A stretch of 41,095 nucleotides of DNA from Diploschistes diacapsis (taxonomy: Eukaryota). Positions 23,278 to 36,851 of the stretch are shown here, piece by piece; the first letter of the stretch is position 1, and every line of letters begins with the position of its first letter. Position numbers and translations under genes: made by a program. The notes beneath the pieces are model-generated. The model ran no database searches, was not told the DNA's origin, and saw only the letters and a list, made by a program, of their open reading frames with translations. The stretch spans positions 1 through 41,095 of the forward strand of contig JALAIB010000049.1 of NCBI GenBank assembly GCA_023645945.1, in the 5' to 3' direction.

Positions 23278-25767
23278 TCACCCAAAGAACTCTCCATGTA
23301 CAAACATCTCCCATGGCTTCCCTGTTGCCCACACGCGCTCTAAGATACGTCTAGCCTCTTGAACCTCGGAAACTATTAATGAAAGTAGTAGAGATGGAAA
23401 AAAAGGGCGTACCTGGGTCATGCCGCTTTCTTCTACCGATCCGATCCTCGCGAAAATTACGTCCCGTTGTGATTCTTCTCTTGCTTCACACCCGGCAGTG
23501 AACATGGGAAATATCAGGCATGCTTCCGCGGACCCTCCCTTTCTGACTTTGTACATAGAACCAACAATTTCACACACCGCTTTTTGTACTTCTTCAGAAT
23601 CTTGGGGTAATCCTAGTACGCGTCGGTTTAGATGGATAGTGCCCGCCCAGTGAAATGCTTGATTGAGAGCTGCCATCTCGACTGAGTCCCAAGCTATCTC
23701 TTGTTGCGTGCTCGAGTGGCGATGGGGGCAATGTGTATAGTTTTGCGTATTCGCGCGGGCCAAGTCTTCCTTGACCTTTTCTGCCACTTTTACAATCTGC
23801 GGTGGCGGTTTCCAGGCCTGATTTATTTCACCTTTATCTGTCAGCCTGCCTTGGTCGCAGTGCCTCGCAAGATCTGCAATCTTTGCGAGTATGCCAGCCA
23901 AAAATCCGCTGAAGCCAAGCAGGCAATCGATAGAGAACTCGTTCTCTTTCCCAAAGTCGTACAAGTCCCCACTGAAAACAATGTTATGCTTGCTCGGGCC
24001 GACGGAGGAGAAGTTGCCCAGTACATCAAGATAAGCAAACCATCTTATAAGAAAATGTGAGACTTTATCTCTCTGGTTGTCGATGCCCCTAGATTCCGCT
24101 CTGGAGATGATCATACGTCTTGCGGTGTTCAAATGATCCTGCCATGGTATTTCAACGCCAAATGTACCTGGTGCAATAATTTCTAAAGAGGCTAGCATTA
24201 TTGCAGTTGCTACGTTAGCGCTCGAGATTTCAATTGTCGGATCTTCTAGAACATGACGAAGGTTCGGAAAGACGTCTCGAACCCATATTGCTATCCGATT
24301 GGAGGGTTGAGAGTGCCCGAGCAGGCGTGCGCGGTGACTTGCGGCGTAGGCGAGCAGTAAGTGTAAAAGACCTTCCTCTCTAACAGCCACTGTCTATGTC
24401 AGTCCCGCATCTGTAAGAGCCTTGTGCTTGAAGGTCTTACTCTGAGGCAATACGACTTTAAAGGGGTTTGCTGGGCAATCATGGGGGACTAGTATACGTG
24501 CGGTAAACTCGATAAAGAAATGGAAGTACATCAGATTCATTCGATTCGCAAGCAACAATGATGGTAGCGGTAGGAGAGTTTTGGAAATCTTGACTTGAAC
24601 ATCTTCATCATATGATGAGACTCTGCTAGATGAAAGGCCAAACCCGAATTCAGTTGATATGTCCTCATTAGAATTGCCAAAACCGGCACTATACGGAGTC
24701 GGAGTGACCACGTCGAGGATGTGAGCATCATCGTTTTCGGGAATATCACGGTCAGGTAATCCTCTGTCAATTCCATAAAATATGTTCTGGTCGCTAGTGT
24801 TCTCCAGCCCCTCGTTACGAGTATTTGCATGCGCCTCTTCCTGATTAAGTAGCGAGTTCACTGATAAACGACGAGGCTCTTCATGGGGAAATTGCATAGA
24901 CGATGCCGCTGGTTGCATTTTGGTAGGAATATTTTGCGAAAAGTCCATTGGCCTCAATGGCCCCAAGGAGTCTTCATCGGCAAGGCCCAGATAGGACGAA
25001 TCATGAAGATCAGTGGCCGGTGTTTGAAAGTCCGCATGAAGAGAGAATGAAGAGGAATCGGAAACTAAACTGCTCGGAGTCAAATAGTCCTGATCGTGCA
25101 CAGATACGGGAATAGACCCCTGTGTGGCAGGCCCAAGACTTGATATTTTAGACTGTGCGTCACCTCTAGCGTCGTAGGCTGCGCCGGCACCGCCGGAAGC
25201 GCTCCGAGACTTTACTTCAAATGGAATCTCATCTTCGTCTCGCGACTTTCTTTTCTGCGAGCCAGATGTCGATGGCCGTGATCCTGAACGTAAGGACAGA
25301 TTTGGAGGAATATAGCCTTTAAACTTGTGAAATTGAGGGCTCGACCGAGATGAAATCCTTGCACCCGAAGACAGCTCAGCCAAAGCAAGCGCAAAGTCAA
25401 GATCGCCAGCAGACCTGCGTTCTTGGATATTCGTGGAGAAAGGAGCAGAGGATGCAGAACCTGGCCCTCCAAAACTTTGATTCGGTGCTCCTCCAGAAGT
25501 CTCCGGTTCTGGTGTAGATGTTCCCTTTCTTTTCGCTCGGCCTTCCCAGTTCAGGCGAATTGAGTAGTCGCATACCTTGTCCCCATTGCGATCACAGTTC
25601 AAACATATTGGTCTGCGTTCATCGCATTTCACCTTTTTGGCCTTGCAATTCCTAAACCATTTAGCACTGAACATGTTTCCTGGTTCAACCTTTTTGAAGG
25701 CTTACCAGCATCCGGTCCGACTTCTTTTTTTCGGCTCCGGGGCTCCAGGTACTTTCGGACGAGGCAT
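23278..25767 (-). CDS. Zn(II)2Cys6 transcription factor with C-terminal Fungal_trans_2-type domain
   Basis: MPRPKVPGAPEPKKRSRTGCW/NCKAKKVKCDERRPICLNCDRNGDKVCDY gives six Cys across intron 1. C-terminal LLHLLLAYAASH, WQDHL, RWFAYLDVL, LIFPMFTAGCEA. Confidence 0.9.
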
Positions 25768-26370
25768 TAGTCGATGCTGAGGATATTAATACTTCCAAGG
25801 TAGACCTTGCTCTCACGTTGTTCTAACTGACCGCCGTCCGACGCAAACTTTATGTAGGGACTTTTGAAAACAGTAACTCAAGGATAGGGATACCGTTAGT
25901 ATAGCATTTCGAAGATATCATCAGCTTGTAGTTTTCTTGCAATACATTTCAAGGCACTCCAAGGATTCTTTTCGGAAGACGCCAGACAGCGTGTACGATA
26001 TCGGTCCCTAAGACTAGCGGTTCCTACTAATCCCATATCACGCTCTCAAACCCCTTCTTGTCAACGGGACATTGTGTGTGGCAATTGGTTCATAGGCGAT
26101 AACACCTGTTCAGCGCTCTGTTGCATTTCAGGCAAGTCTCAGTTATGGGGTAAACCGAAGTTAGACTAAGGGCTTGGCGAACTCGGCTCGCTAGCGGTTA
26201 AAGTCGGCAGCCGCAAAAGCAGCAGTTTATGACGGCTTCCCCTATCAGCAAGCATCATGAAGACTTCCCCCGATTACAGTTCACATCGGTTGAGTTTGGC
26301 TCATGTGCCTTCTGAGACGGGGAAATTGCTCTGCTAATTGTGCCTGATATCGAGGAGCTCTTAGCCTCAA

Positions 26371-27385
26371 ATGGATAACAAAACCCTTAATAGTCTCATC
26401 CAGCGACACCCACTTCAACATATTGAGTCTCCTTCTTTACAGCTCTCACTAGCACTGCACGTAAGGTTATATGCTCCTTGAACTTTACACGTCTTATCAG
26501 CTAAAGCCCGTATTTCTTAGACGATTGGTCTCGCGAGCTTTTCGTGGTCTTTCAAATAGTACGCCCCGTTGAATGTCACATCACACGCAGCGTTTCTTAT
26601 ATATAGCAGCCTGTCTGATAATCCCAACCCTGCCAATCAAGCGTATGGATGGCATTTCATCTTTCTGACCATTATCGGTCTTGCTCTTGCCTTCATGACG
26701 TTCTTCTGTGGTCTTCTTGCAGACTTCACTGGATCTCGACGCTTGTTCTTGGTGAAGAATGCCCTACTCTTCTGTAGTGCTCCCCTAGAGCTTCTGATTA
26801 TGATACTATACTGGGGCCTTCGATCAGTAAGTACTGACCGGTTCTAGCCGAGTCCAGATGACAAATGGCTTACTATGTTGTGCCCCAGATTGACAAGAAT
26901 CTTGTGCTGCCAGAATGGGGGGAGCTCGACATAATGGCTGATGTTGGTTTTCATGCTGCTCCGGGCATCCTGTTGTCTATCGACATGCTCTTCTTCTCAC
27001 CTCCATGGACCATCGGCACCTTGCCAGCAATGGGACTCAGCACCATCCTTGCATGCGGTTATTGGGTGTGGGTCGAGCTCTGTTACGCCCGGAATGGATG
27101 GTACGTTCGTAATTAACCTTGTATAAGCAATAATATTGTGTTTCCAATCGAATGCACGTCCGCCTATGAGTTACTGCTAACTCGACTGTGCTTAATAGGT
27201 ACCCTTACCCGCTCTTTGACATGGTAAGCACTCCGCAGAGAGGTGGCATATTCATGATATCTGCTATATTGTTCACTGGGAGTGCAATACTACTAAAACT
27301 CACATATGAGAGGGTCAACGGCAGGGTAGGTGATGGGGTGCAAAACCGTGAAAAGGAAGCTGCACGACCTGGTCAAGTTAATTGA
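26371..27385 (+). CDS. FAR-17a/AIG1-like integral membrane protein
   Basis: Spliced reading MDNK...RHPLQ...YGWHFIFLTIIGL...SAPLELLIMILYW...DVGFHAAP...NGWYPYPLF. The family Thr (FLT) and His (GFH) are present. Several canonical introns. Confidence 0.85.
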
Positions 27386-27960
27386 GAAAGCCTTAAAAGT
27401 CCATGTACAGATACGATGTAACAAAGGGCAAGATTGCTGGAGATAGCTATATAGACTTGGATAGCCTCGGTGCTTACATACCAGGCTCAGCGTTATTTCT
27501 CAAGACATCCGACCTGTATATCGCTCAGGCATTCACTTCTTAGGACCATTGTGCTACCATAGTCGAGCAACACAGTGTCGTCCACGCAACCTGCGATGTA
27601 TGTTGGTGAAGTGACGCCGACCACCCGCGGCTGGGATTGACCGAATACTAGCTTGATTTCTAGCGTAGGTGTCTTCTGTGGGTAGAAAAACCCCAGTGGA
27701 GCCAATCACTTATGTTACTACTTTCAAAAGTCTAACAGTTGAGCTTTCACATTACTGAAACCATTATCATTTCGGGCAAGATCAATCCTACCTGTAGGTC
27801 TTCTAAGTCACCCGCTCCTGCAGTTAGTAAACCATTATCTTTTTACTTCGGACTTGAGCTTTACACAAAACTCCCTTAGTGATTGTATTACTTTCTTGCA
27901 GGTATTGAGAAGTACAGTACCGACGTTATCGAGCACTTTTTGCACCTCCTTGTTCATTTC

Positions 27961-29400
27961 ATGCGGTTTGATTTTGTACGGATTCCTCGACTCTTCAATA
28001 AAGCAGCATATATTTTTGCCCCAAGACATCCGCCCTACCCTCCAAGGTCCATCTCAAAACAACGCTTTTCCAGCATGGCGTCCCTTGGAAGTCACGAAAA
28101 ACGTCACAAGGTAACAGTTGTTGGCAGCGGTAACTGGGGCAGTGCCATTGCAAAGATTGTAGCCGAGAACACTGCTGAACGAACCGACCTATTTGAGCCA
28201 GACGTGCAGATGTGGGTATTCGAGGAAGACTTCACCATGCCAAAAGACTCCAAAGATCACGACTCATCTTCCGAGCTTTGCTCGAAACCACAGAAATTGA
28301 CAAAATTAATCAACCATTACCACGAGAACGTCAAGTATCTACCAGGAATCAAGCTGCCGAAGAATCTCTATGCCAACCCGAGTCTGAGAGATGCCGTCAA
28401 GGATTCTTCTATCCTGATCTTTAATCTACCTCATCAATTCATTGGCAAGATCTGTGATGACTTAGCTGGCCACATCGTCCCATTCGCTCGAGGCATCTCA
28501 TGCATCAAAGGGGTTGCTGTTTCCGCCGACAGCGTCTCACTATTCTCAGATGTCATTGGAAGCAAACTCGGCATCTACTGTGGAGCCCTTTCTGGAGCCA
28601 ATATTGCCAATGAGATTGCCCAAGAAAAGTTCTCCGAAACCACAGTAGCCTACGATCCCCCCCCTATGGACAGTCAGAATCCAACGCCAAAAGGCCCAAG
28701 CCCCCAGGCTTCGATGCAGAACCTGACCGAGATCAGGGAGTCCATACCGATGGGCACGAGGAAAGCTAGGCTACATGCCATGCCATCGGAGTACCCTCCC
28801 TTGGATAGAACCACTCTCAAAGCCTTGTTCCATAGGAACTACTTCCATGTGCGGATAGTTTCTGACGTAACAGCTGTATCGCTTGCAGGCGCACTGAAAA
28901 ACATAGTAGCATTAGCAGCCGGCTTTGTTTCTGGTTTAGGATGGGGAGACAACGCGAAAGCCGCTATAATGCGAGTAGGTCTCATGGAAATGGTCAAGTT
29001 TGGGCACATGTTCTTCGAGTCTTCCGGGATACGTACAGAGACATTCACGGAGGAAAGCGCCGGAGTCGCGGATTTGATCACTAGCTGCAGCGGAGGCAGG
29101 AACTTCAGATGTGCCAAGATGTCGGTCGAAAAGAAGGTTGACATACGTGAGATTGAGAAGAGCGAGCTCAATGGGCAGTCACTACAAGGAATTGGAACCG
29201 CAGAGGAAGTCAACCAGTTCCTAAGCTCTCGGGGAAAGGAGGCAGATTTCCCGCTCATGACCGCTGTTCATGGTATGTCAGAGCAAATTGCCCCTGCTTG
29301 TTTCACAGGTGCTAACGGGTTCATAGTCATTCTAAGCGGCAAGGCAAAACCAGAGGATCTGCCTGACTTGATCGAGGGTGCTGTCACTGCAAAGCTCTGA
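27961..29400 (+). CDS. GPD1: NAD-dependent glycerol-3-phosphate dehydrogenase
   Basis: [67 protein letters not shown]. In-frame ATGs at 27961 and 28075. A 54-nt intron at 29273-29326. Ends ...TAKL* (29400), or ...KHGV* (29471) if 29378-29427 is spliced. Confidence 0.96.
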   Translation: MRFDFVRIPRLFNKAAYIFAPRHPPYPPRSISKQRFSSMASLGSHEKRHKVTVVGSGNWGSAIAKIVAENTAERTDLFEPDVQMWVFEEDFTMPKDSKDHDSSSELCSKPQKLTKLINHYHENVKYLPGIKLPKNLYANPSLRDAVKDSSILIFNLPHQFIGKICDDLAGHIVPFARGISCIKGVAVSADSVSLFSDVIGSKLGIYCGALSGANIANEIAQEKFSETTVAYDPPPMDSQNPTPKGPSPQASMQNLTEIRESIPMGTRKARLHAMPSEYPPLDRTTLKALFHRNYFHVRIVSDVTAVSLAGALKNIVALAAGFVSGLGWGDNAKAAIMRVGLMEMVKFGHMFFESSGIRTETFTEESAGVADLITSCSGGRNFRCAKMSVEKKVDIREIEKSELNGQSLQGIGTAEEVNQFLSSRGKEADFPLMTAVHGMSEQIAPACFTGANGFIVILSGKAKPEDLPDLIEGAVTAKL

Positions 29401-30556
29401 GGTGTCTGCTAACGATGTTTTCAATAGAACCGATCAAAGAACAGCAAAAATCTCAGAAACATGGCGTTTGAAGGATCAATGTGGCGTTCTATCGTTTTCC
29501 CAGCAGCGTAGCGTTATCACATGAAACAGTACTGATACCCAGCAACAGCATGATAATGAATAGCTTTGAGGCTTGGTCTTTGCCATGTTTTTCATCGTGC
29601 CATCTGAACTCCGTCGTATTGCAAGCGCATGGTCCTCCACTCATACAACCAATAGATTCCCCTTCATCCTTGCCCGCAAAAGCACCGTATCATGCATTTC
29701 CTCATGCTCCAATATTGCTCCATCGTCTAGCTCTCGCAATTTTTGGCCTCCTCATCTCAACCTCCTAGCCTCACGTTCGGACTCGAGCAAGCATAGGATA
29801 TCGTCCTCACGAACTATTCTACCATCAGCCATCACTCCTACCGACTTCACTCCCCAAACCACTCACCTGGACCCTTGACATTTCGAATGATAGAACGGGT
29901 GGTATCATCCCTAGCAGCGCGTTAGCCCGCAATCAGCTTTATGGGGGTAGAAACACTCAAATGAACTCTACGCGAACCTGCGTCACGCCTCCGCGGGAAC
30001 CAGTCCTCCCGAGAACTGAAGAACACCCAATGTAAGCTCAACTAACAACCTCGAAAAAAGGATCCAGATTTATAATTTGGAGGGGGGGATTTTACCTCGC
30101 GTAACTTTCACCTGCGTATGAGGTCAGCAAAGCTTGCTTTAGATATTCTGAAAGGGAGGTGCGCATACCAGCTTGACGGGCACTTTTGAGCTATCCATAT
30201 TGACTGTAGTTCGCTACAGCTTGGAGAAGCGGATCAAGAGGATTTCAGCTTTCGTAAGAGCTCAAGAATTCTGTGAAGTTGGATGGGGGTTTGGTTTCGT
30301 TAGAAGCTTAATTTTTTTTCTGCCGCACAATGAAAAGCTGCGGAGTTTAGATTAGGGTTTACGCCGGAATCTCATTGGTCGAAGCTCCTACTTCGGTTTT
30401 TTTCTTCCGCAGACCAGACCCTACAACATGAGGTCCACGTTTAGTATGCTATATCGAACCTTTGAAATACAGCTTCGACATCATTGAGTATTATTCCCCG
30501 TGGCAATAAGGGCTTTAGTTACATCCCAATTAATCGTTCAAAGTAGAGAGGATGAT

Positions 30557-30565
30557 ATGACTCAT
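30557..30565 (+). promoter_or_regulatory. Gcn4/CpcA (cross-pathway control) site ATGACTCAT
   Basis: Perfect 9-mer consensus ~105 bp upstream of the HIS1 ATG. HIS1 is a classic cross-pathway target. Confidence 0.7.
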
Positions 30566-30667
30566 CCTGTTCAAGAGGTTGGGTGCTATTTTACCACCCT
30601 TAAATCCACTCAGTAGCTTCCTCTTTTTGTTCGTTATCTGTGACTGAGGCAAGTACGTGGTGTCGCT

Positions 30668-32137
30668 ATGGAGGATCTTGTTCACCGGTGAGTATCTGTC
30701 TTTCTGTTTCTTCCTACTGCAGCATTTTATCCACTGTTTTCACGCTTGTACATTGGATCTGTTATGACCCTCTACTGTTTCGAGGCCAGAGTGAGACCAT
30801 AATCAGCCCAGTTAAGATCTGTTACTCCCAAGGTCGGGCTATTTTAGCAACCCCTATCAATTTCAAACATTCTCCAGACGGGTCTTTGCTTGATTAGCGT
30901 GGGCGCCACCACGAACAAGAACGGAGCTTAACAAATACAGGCTTGGCGGGCGTCTCCTGTTCGCTATCCCCAAGAGTATGATTATCTTTGCCACAAATCC
31001 TACCTCTACCCGACTATCCCTGTGCCCTGATATAAAACTTCGCCTAACCAATACGCTCAGAGGGCCGCCTCCAGCAGCCCACCTTAGATCTCCTTTCCGG
31101 CTCTAGCATCGAATTCAAGCGCGAGCACCGCCTGGACATTGCCCTCGTCAAAAATCATGATATAGCTCTCGTCTTCCTTCCAGCTGCCGACATCCCCACA
31201 TTCGTCGGAGAAGGTCGCGTGGACCTTGGAATCACCGGTCAGGACCAGGTCAGCGAGTACGAAGCGGATGCGTCTTCGGTCGGCGCTTCTGGCGTTGTGG
31301 AGGTACTAAACTTGGGCTTTGGGAAGTGTAAGTTGCAGGTGCAGGTACCGGAAGAGAGTAAGTTCCAGAGTGCAAGGGACTTGATAGGGCATCGGCTTGC
31401 AACAAGCTTCATGGGATTGACGGAGAGATTCTTTGCAAAGCTTGAGGGTACAAATGGGCAGAGTGCGAATGGGGAAGCTGTTGTCGTAGGAAAGCTGAAG
31501 ACAAAGATTCGGAGCCTCGGTGGTAGCGTTGAGACAGCGTGCACGCTAGGGGTTGCGGATGGTATCGTAGATCTCGTTGGTGAGTGCCACTTGCCTTGTT
31601 GGTACATTGTAATTGGGCCAAAAGGGTTAACAAATTCCAGAGTCGGGGGAGACGATGCGCGCTGCAGGCCTGAGGGCGGTTGACACAGTTATCGATAGCG
31701 CAGCCGTGCTCATACGGTCGAAGACCTCTTCAAACCAGAAACTCATCGATCTCATCACGTCCCGTATAAAGGGGTTCATTAGTATGCCCTAGTCCCTTCG
31801 CCTCCTCTCTTCAATCCCTATAGGCAGCACCGCTCCCGCTCCCCTTCTCCACACAACTTGCCCTCATCGAGTTACCTGCTCAGCTAACCCGACTAAATTA
31901 GACGCCCAAAAATACGCCCTCTGCCAATACAACATCCCACGGTCCACCCTCCAAGAAGCCAAGAAGATCACGCCGGGAAAAACTGCACCGTCGGTCACGC
32001 CGCTCGAGTCGCCCGGCTGGGTCGCCGTCAGCGCCATGGTGCTTAAGGAGGAGATGGCGCCCGTCATGGATAGGCTGAGGGAGGTTGGAGCCGAGGGCAT
32101 ATTGGAGGTGGCTATCAGTAATTCGAGGACGGACTGA
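30668..32137 (+). CDS. HIS1: ATP phosphoribosyltransferase
   Basis: Spliced reading MEDLVHRLGGRLLFAIPKKGRL...PAADIPTFVGEGRVDLGITGQDQV...GGSVETACTLGVADGIVDLVESGETMRAAGL...ITPGKTAPSVTPLE...SNSRTD*. Confidence 0.95.
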
Positions 32138-32638
32138 GGCTGGAATTGGAAGTCTGGTTGCTGCTGGCTTGATTCCAATCGGTGGTGTAGTGAAGGCGGA
32201 TGGGGCTGGTTTTGAGCTTGCCGTGGAAAACGCTAGGTTAGAAAGAAATGGGAATGCTTCGTTATTATTCGCACGTGGAGTGAAGTTGGGTAAATGCTGT
32301 GTGGTTTTTGAACCGTTTGGTACGATGACTCTGTTCCGGTTGGCTGTAGGTTATTCGCATCCTATTTTCATAGAAAAGTGAAGTCAGGGGCGTCTACTAC
32401 TACTTTTGATTATTGAGCTTATCTATGAGTCCTTCCATCTCGGGTAGACCCAGGGTCAGGGTCAGAGCAGCACGGCATCCCTCTCAATCTGCAAAGCACA
32501 TGCTCTTTAACCCTTGTCTGAATGCGCGCTGCCATCTGTGATCCGCGAATATGCCACCCAAAATGGGTTTTGATATCGCGTCGCCGTCCAAACGCCACCA
32601 GAAGATGCAGACAACGCAAACCGTTTTTAGCAGCGTGG

Positions 32639-34052
<1,414 letters not shown>

Positions 34053-34612
34053 ATTTAAAGAGATGAAATCAGTATCAAAGTATTTCGGCCAGAATAACAT
34101 GTGCGTGTAGCAGCAAAATTATATATGTAGGCCAAAAAGGCGGTGCGGGCTTTCGGGTTCGGGGGTGCGGGGCGCGTGTTTATTGAGGAAAAAAGCTTTT
34201 GGTGGAACGGAGAAATAGTGACCGGCAGGCAGTTTGACTTATTATCCCAAATAGAGTAATATTTAAAACTCACAGCCATTATTTCGGGTATTTGAAAGCT
34301 CATTATATTATAATTACTAGTGTATACATAGTAACAGATTTACAATTCTCGATCATCACGTGGCCATGAAACTGGGCTGCTGCCTCCTAAGGAGTCTGTC
34401 TGCTTCTGCTTCGTGAAGCGCCCCGCACCCTCCCACCAAAGGCGAGAACGTTGAACGATACTTATAAATATCCTGTGGTTCGCTTGAGGGTTTCAAAGTC
34501 CAGATTTCAGGAAATAATGGATCAGCGTGAGTAGAGCAAGTTCTTGGTGAGACTTGCTATCCACCAAAGCGTGCTCATGAACTCCCCATTTATCATTGAA
34601 GAAACGCGCAAC

Positions 34613-35719
34613 ATGGACGCCATCAAGCTACCAGAGCCCTTCGCCTCAATACCACGCCGAGAACTAACCTTCGGCCCTTCACCCCTTCAGCACCTTCCCC
34701 GCATGTCCGCCGACCTCGCAAAGACCTCCCCCCACGCAATTCACATCTGGGCCAAACGCGAGGACTGCAACTCCGGCCTCGCCTACGGCGGCAACAAGAC
34801 CCGCAAGCTCGAGTACGTTGTCGCCGACGCGCTAGCCCAAGGCGCCGACACCCTCGTCAGCATTGGTGGCATCCAGTCAAACCACACGCGGCAGGTAGCG
34901 GCCGCTGCGGCGATGCTCGGGCTCGAGAGCAGACTGCTGCAGGAGCACTGGGTACCGGGCGACGACAAGCCGGAGTACATGCAGGTGGGAAACCTGCAGC
35001 TGTCAAGGCTAATGTCTGCAAGGCCGACGATTGGGCCGGCAAAGGGTGCAAATGGTCAGAGCAAACATGAGGCGGAGAATATTTTCTCTCATGATGATTA
35101 CAAGGCTCGTCTGCGCGGTCTCATCGAGGCGGCCGAAAAGGAGGGGCGGAAGCCGTACTTGATTCCCGCAGGCGCATCGGATCATCCGTTAGGCGGACTT
35201 GGCTTCGCGCGCTGGGCGTTTGAGCTTGCTGAGCAGGAGAAGGCTATTGGCGTGTATTTTGACGTTATCGTTGTCTGCGCCGTCACCGGCTCCACCCTGG
35301 CGGGCATGATAGCCGGATTCAAGCTGCTGCAGAAGACTCAGGGGACTGGGAAAAAGCGGCGTATCATCGGCATTGATGCCTCTGCGAAGGTAGAAGAGAC
35401 GCGTGCAATTGTTTTGAGACTTGCCCAGGGAACGGGCGAGAAGATAGGGCTAAAGGCGGAGGATATTACGGGAAAGGACTTTGAGCTAGACGGCAGGTAC
35501 CATGCAGGCTGTTATGGTATTGCTGATCAGCGGACAACGGATGCGATCAAATACGGCGCATCGATGGAGGGATTCATTACTGACCCAGTTTATGAGGGAA
35601 AGAGTTTGGCAGGATTGCTGGATATGGCTAGGAATGGAGAGATATCCGAGAACAGCAACGTGCTGTATGCTCATCTGGGAGGGCAGTTGGCTCTCAACTC
35701 ATATCCAGACATATTGTAA
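34613..35719 (+). CDS. acdS: 1-aminocyclopropane-1-carboxylate (ACC) deaminase
   Basis: AKREDCNSGLAYGGNKTRKLEY (PLP lysine), SIGGIQSNHTRQVAA, PAGASDHPLGGLGF, VTGST, TDPVYEGKS, YAHLGG. A single uninterrupted ORF. TATAAA at ~34463. Confidence 0.95.
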   Translation: MDAIKLPEPFASIPRRELTFGPSPLQHLPRMSADLAKTSPHAIHIWAKREDCNSGLAYGGNKTRKLEYVVADALAQGADTLVSIGGIQSNHTRQVAAAAAMLGLESRLLQEHWVPGDDKPEYMQVGNLQLSRLMSARPTIGPAKGANGQSKHEAENIFSHDDYKARLRGLIEAAEKEGRKPYLIPAGASDHPLGGLGFARWAFELAEQEKAIGVYFDVIVVCAVTGSTLAGMIAGFKLLQKTQGTGKKRRIIGIDASAKVEETRAIVLRLAQGTGEKIGLKAEDITGKDFELDGRYHAGCYGIADQRTTDAIKYGASMEGFITDPVYEGKSLAGLLDMARNGEISENSNVLYAHLGGQLALNSYPDIL

Positions 35720-36020
35720 GCTGTTGGAGTACATTTTGCGTGGTCCAAGCAGCTGCAGAGTAATGGGACTACGCACTGGCCTCCATTAAGGTCTGAGGGT
35801 ACCATGACAACTGTACATTTTTAGCGATTTGTCGGCGATCTTTCCAATGAATATCGGTCTAAACACACAGACCTCTGTTTCCGCAAGTTCCATATCACGT
35901 GCGTCGCGATCTAGCGCGTAAGGAAGTTCCATAACAGCGTTTGGTTTTCATTGTACGATACTCTTCAAAGTTCTTCTACTTTTTGTAAATTTATTGGCTT
36001 CTAAATTCTGCGCTTGGAGT

Positions 36021-36851
36021 ATGTGGCGCAAAACCGAAGTGTGTGCATGGCAATCACTGGCGAAAAACTTTCATTGTTCCCTAAGGTCTCCAAGCAGAAA
36101 TCTTATACTCGGCTTATCCCGGCATTGCTGGCGTGCAAAAATCAGTAGAACCGCTTCAAGGACCTTCCACTCCCCCCCCAAGTTGAAAGCATCCCAAGCT
36201 ATCTCTTCTCAGTCTCCCCTCCCTTTCCCCTCCCGCCTCCTCGTCTACCACGCCGGCACCGGCCGCACCTTCACTGTTGGCTTCATCCGCCTGGGCACCT
36301 TCTTCCTCGCTATCTTCTCTATTCTTGCTGTCGCACCCGCAGTCTCCTACAACCCGGATGCGCCCAACAAATGGCTCCTCATCCCTGCCATCGCCATCGG
36401 AGGTACGATCCCCTTCGTCGTCGTCCTGGCCACCACAAGGCCGTATACGAGCTTCATCCACGTCGCCCTCCCTGCACACGCTCGGACGTCGCGGGAAGCG
36501 CTCCTGAAATATGTTAGGACGGCGCCATTTACTGCGGAGCTAGATTTCACGACGGTGAAAGTGCTGGGCGGGGCTAGAGTGCGGAGGGTGAGGATAGGGG
36601 AGTTGGAGCCTCAGGTGCCAAGGTGGCAGCGGATTGCAAATTTGCGGGTAGTGGAGGAGCAGGTGGGCGGATCGGGTAGTGGAGGGAGGGCGTTGAAGGA
36701 AAAGCGGCCTTGGTGGAGGCCGAAGCCTGTGAGCGAGTTCTTTGTGGGGAACAATACGCTATCGAGACAGCATGCCATTTATTGGCCAGGGATCGTGGAC
36801 AGAATTATGGCGGCGAATAATGTGAGGAAGGCGAAAGGAAAGATACTGTGA
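36021..36851 (+). CDS. Uncharacterised protein with a basic, presequence-like N-terminus and two TM helices (probable mitochondrial membrane protein)
   Basis: Intronless ORF. The first ~55 aa are R/K/S-rich and almost acid-free. Then PSRLLVYHAGTGRT, two hydrophobic segments and RPYTSFIHVALP. Confidence 0.7.
   Translation: MWRKTEVCAWQSLAKNFHCSLRSPSRNLILGLSRHCWRAKISRTASRTFHSPPKLKASQAISSQSPLPFPSRLLVYHAGTGRTFTVGFIRLGTFFLAIFSILAVAPAVSYNPDAPNKWLLIPAIAIGGTIPFVVVLATTRPYTSFIHVALPAHARTSREALLKYVRTAPFTAELDFTTVKVLGGARVRRVRIGELEPQVPRWQRIANLRVVEEQVGGSGSGGRALKEKRPWWRPKPVSEFFVGNNTLSRQHAIYWPGIVDRIMAANNVRKAKGKIL

Noticed and set aside
23278..25767. Zn2Cys6 TF as the regulator of the PKS cluster
   Set aside because: It is separated from the cluster by the Net1/Dnt1-like housekeeping gene and embedded among core genes. 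Nothing in the sequence links it to the cluster.
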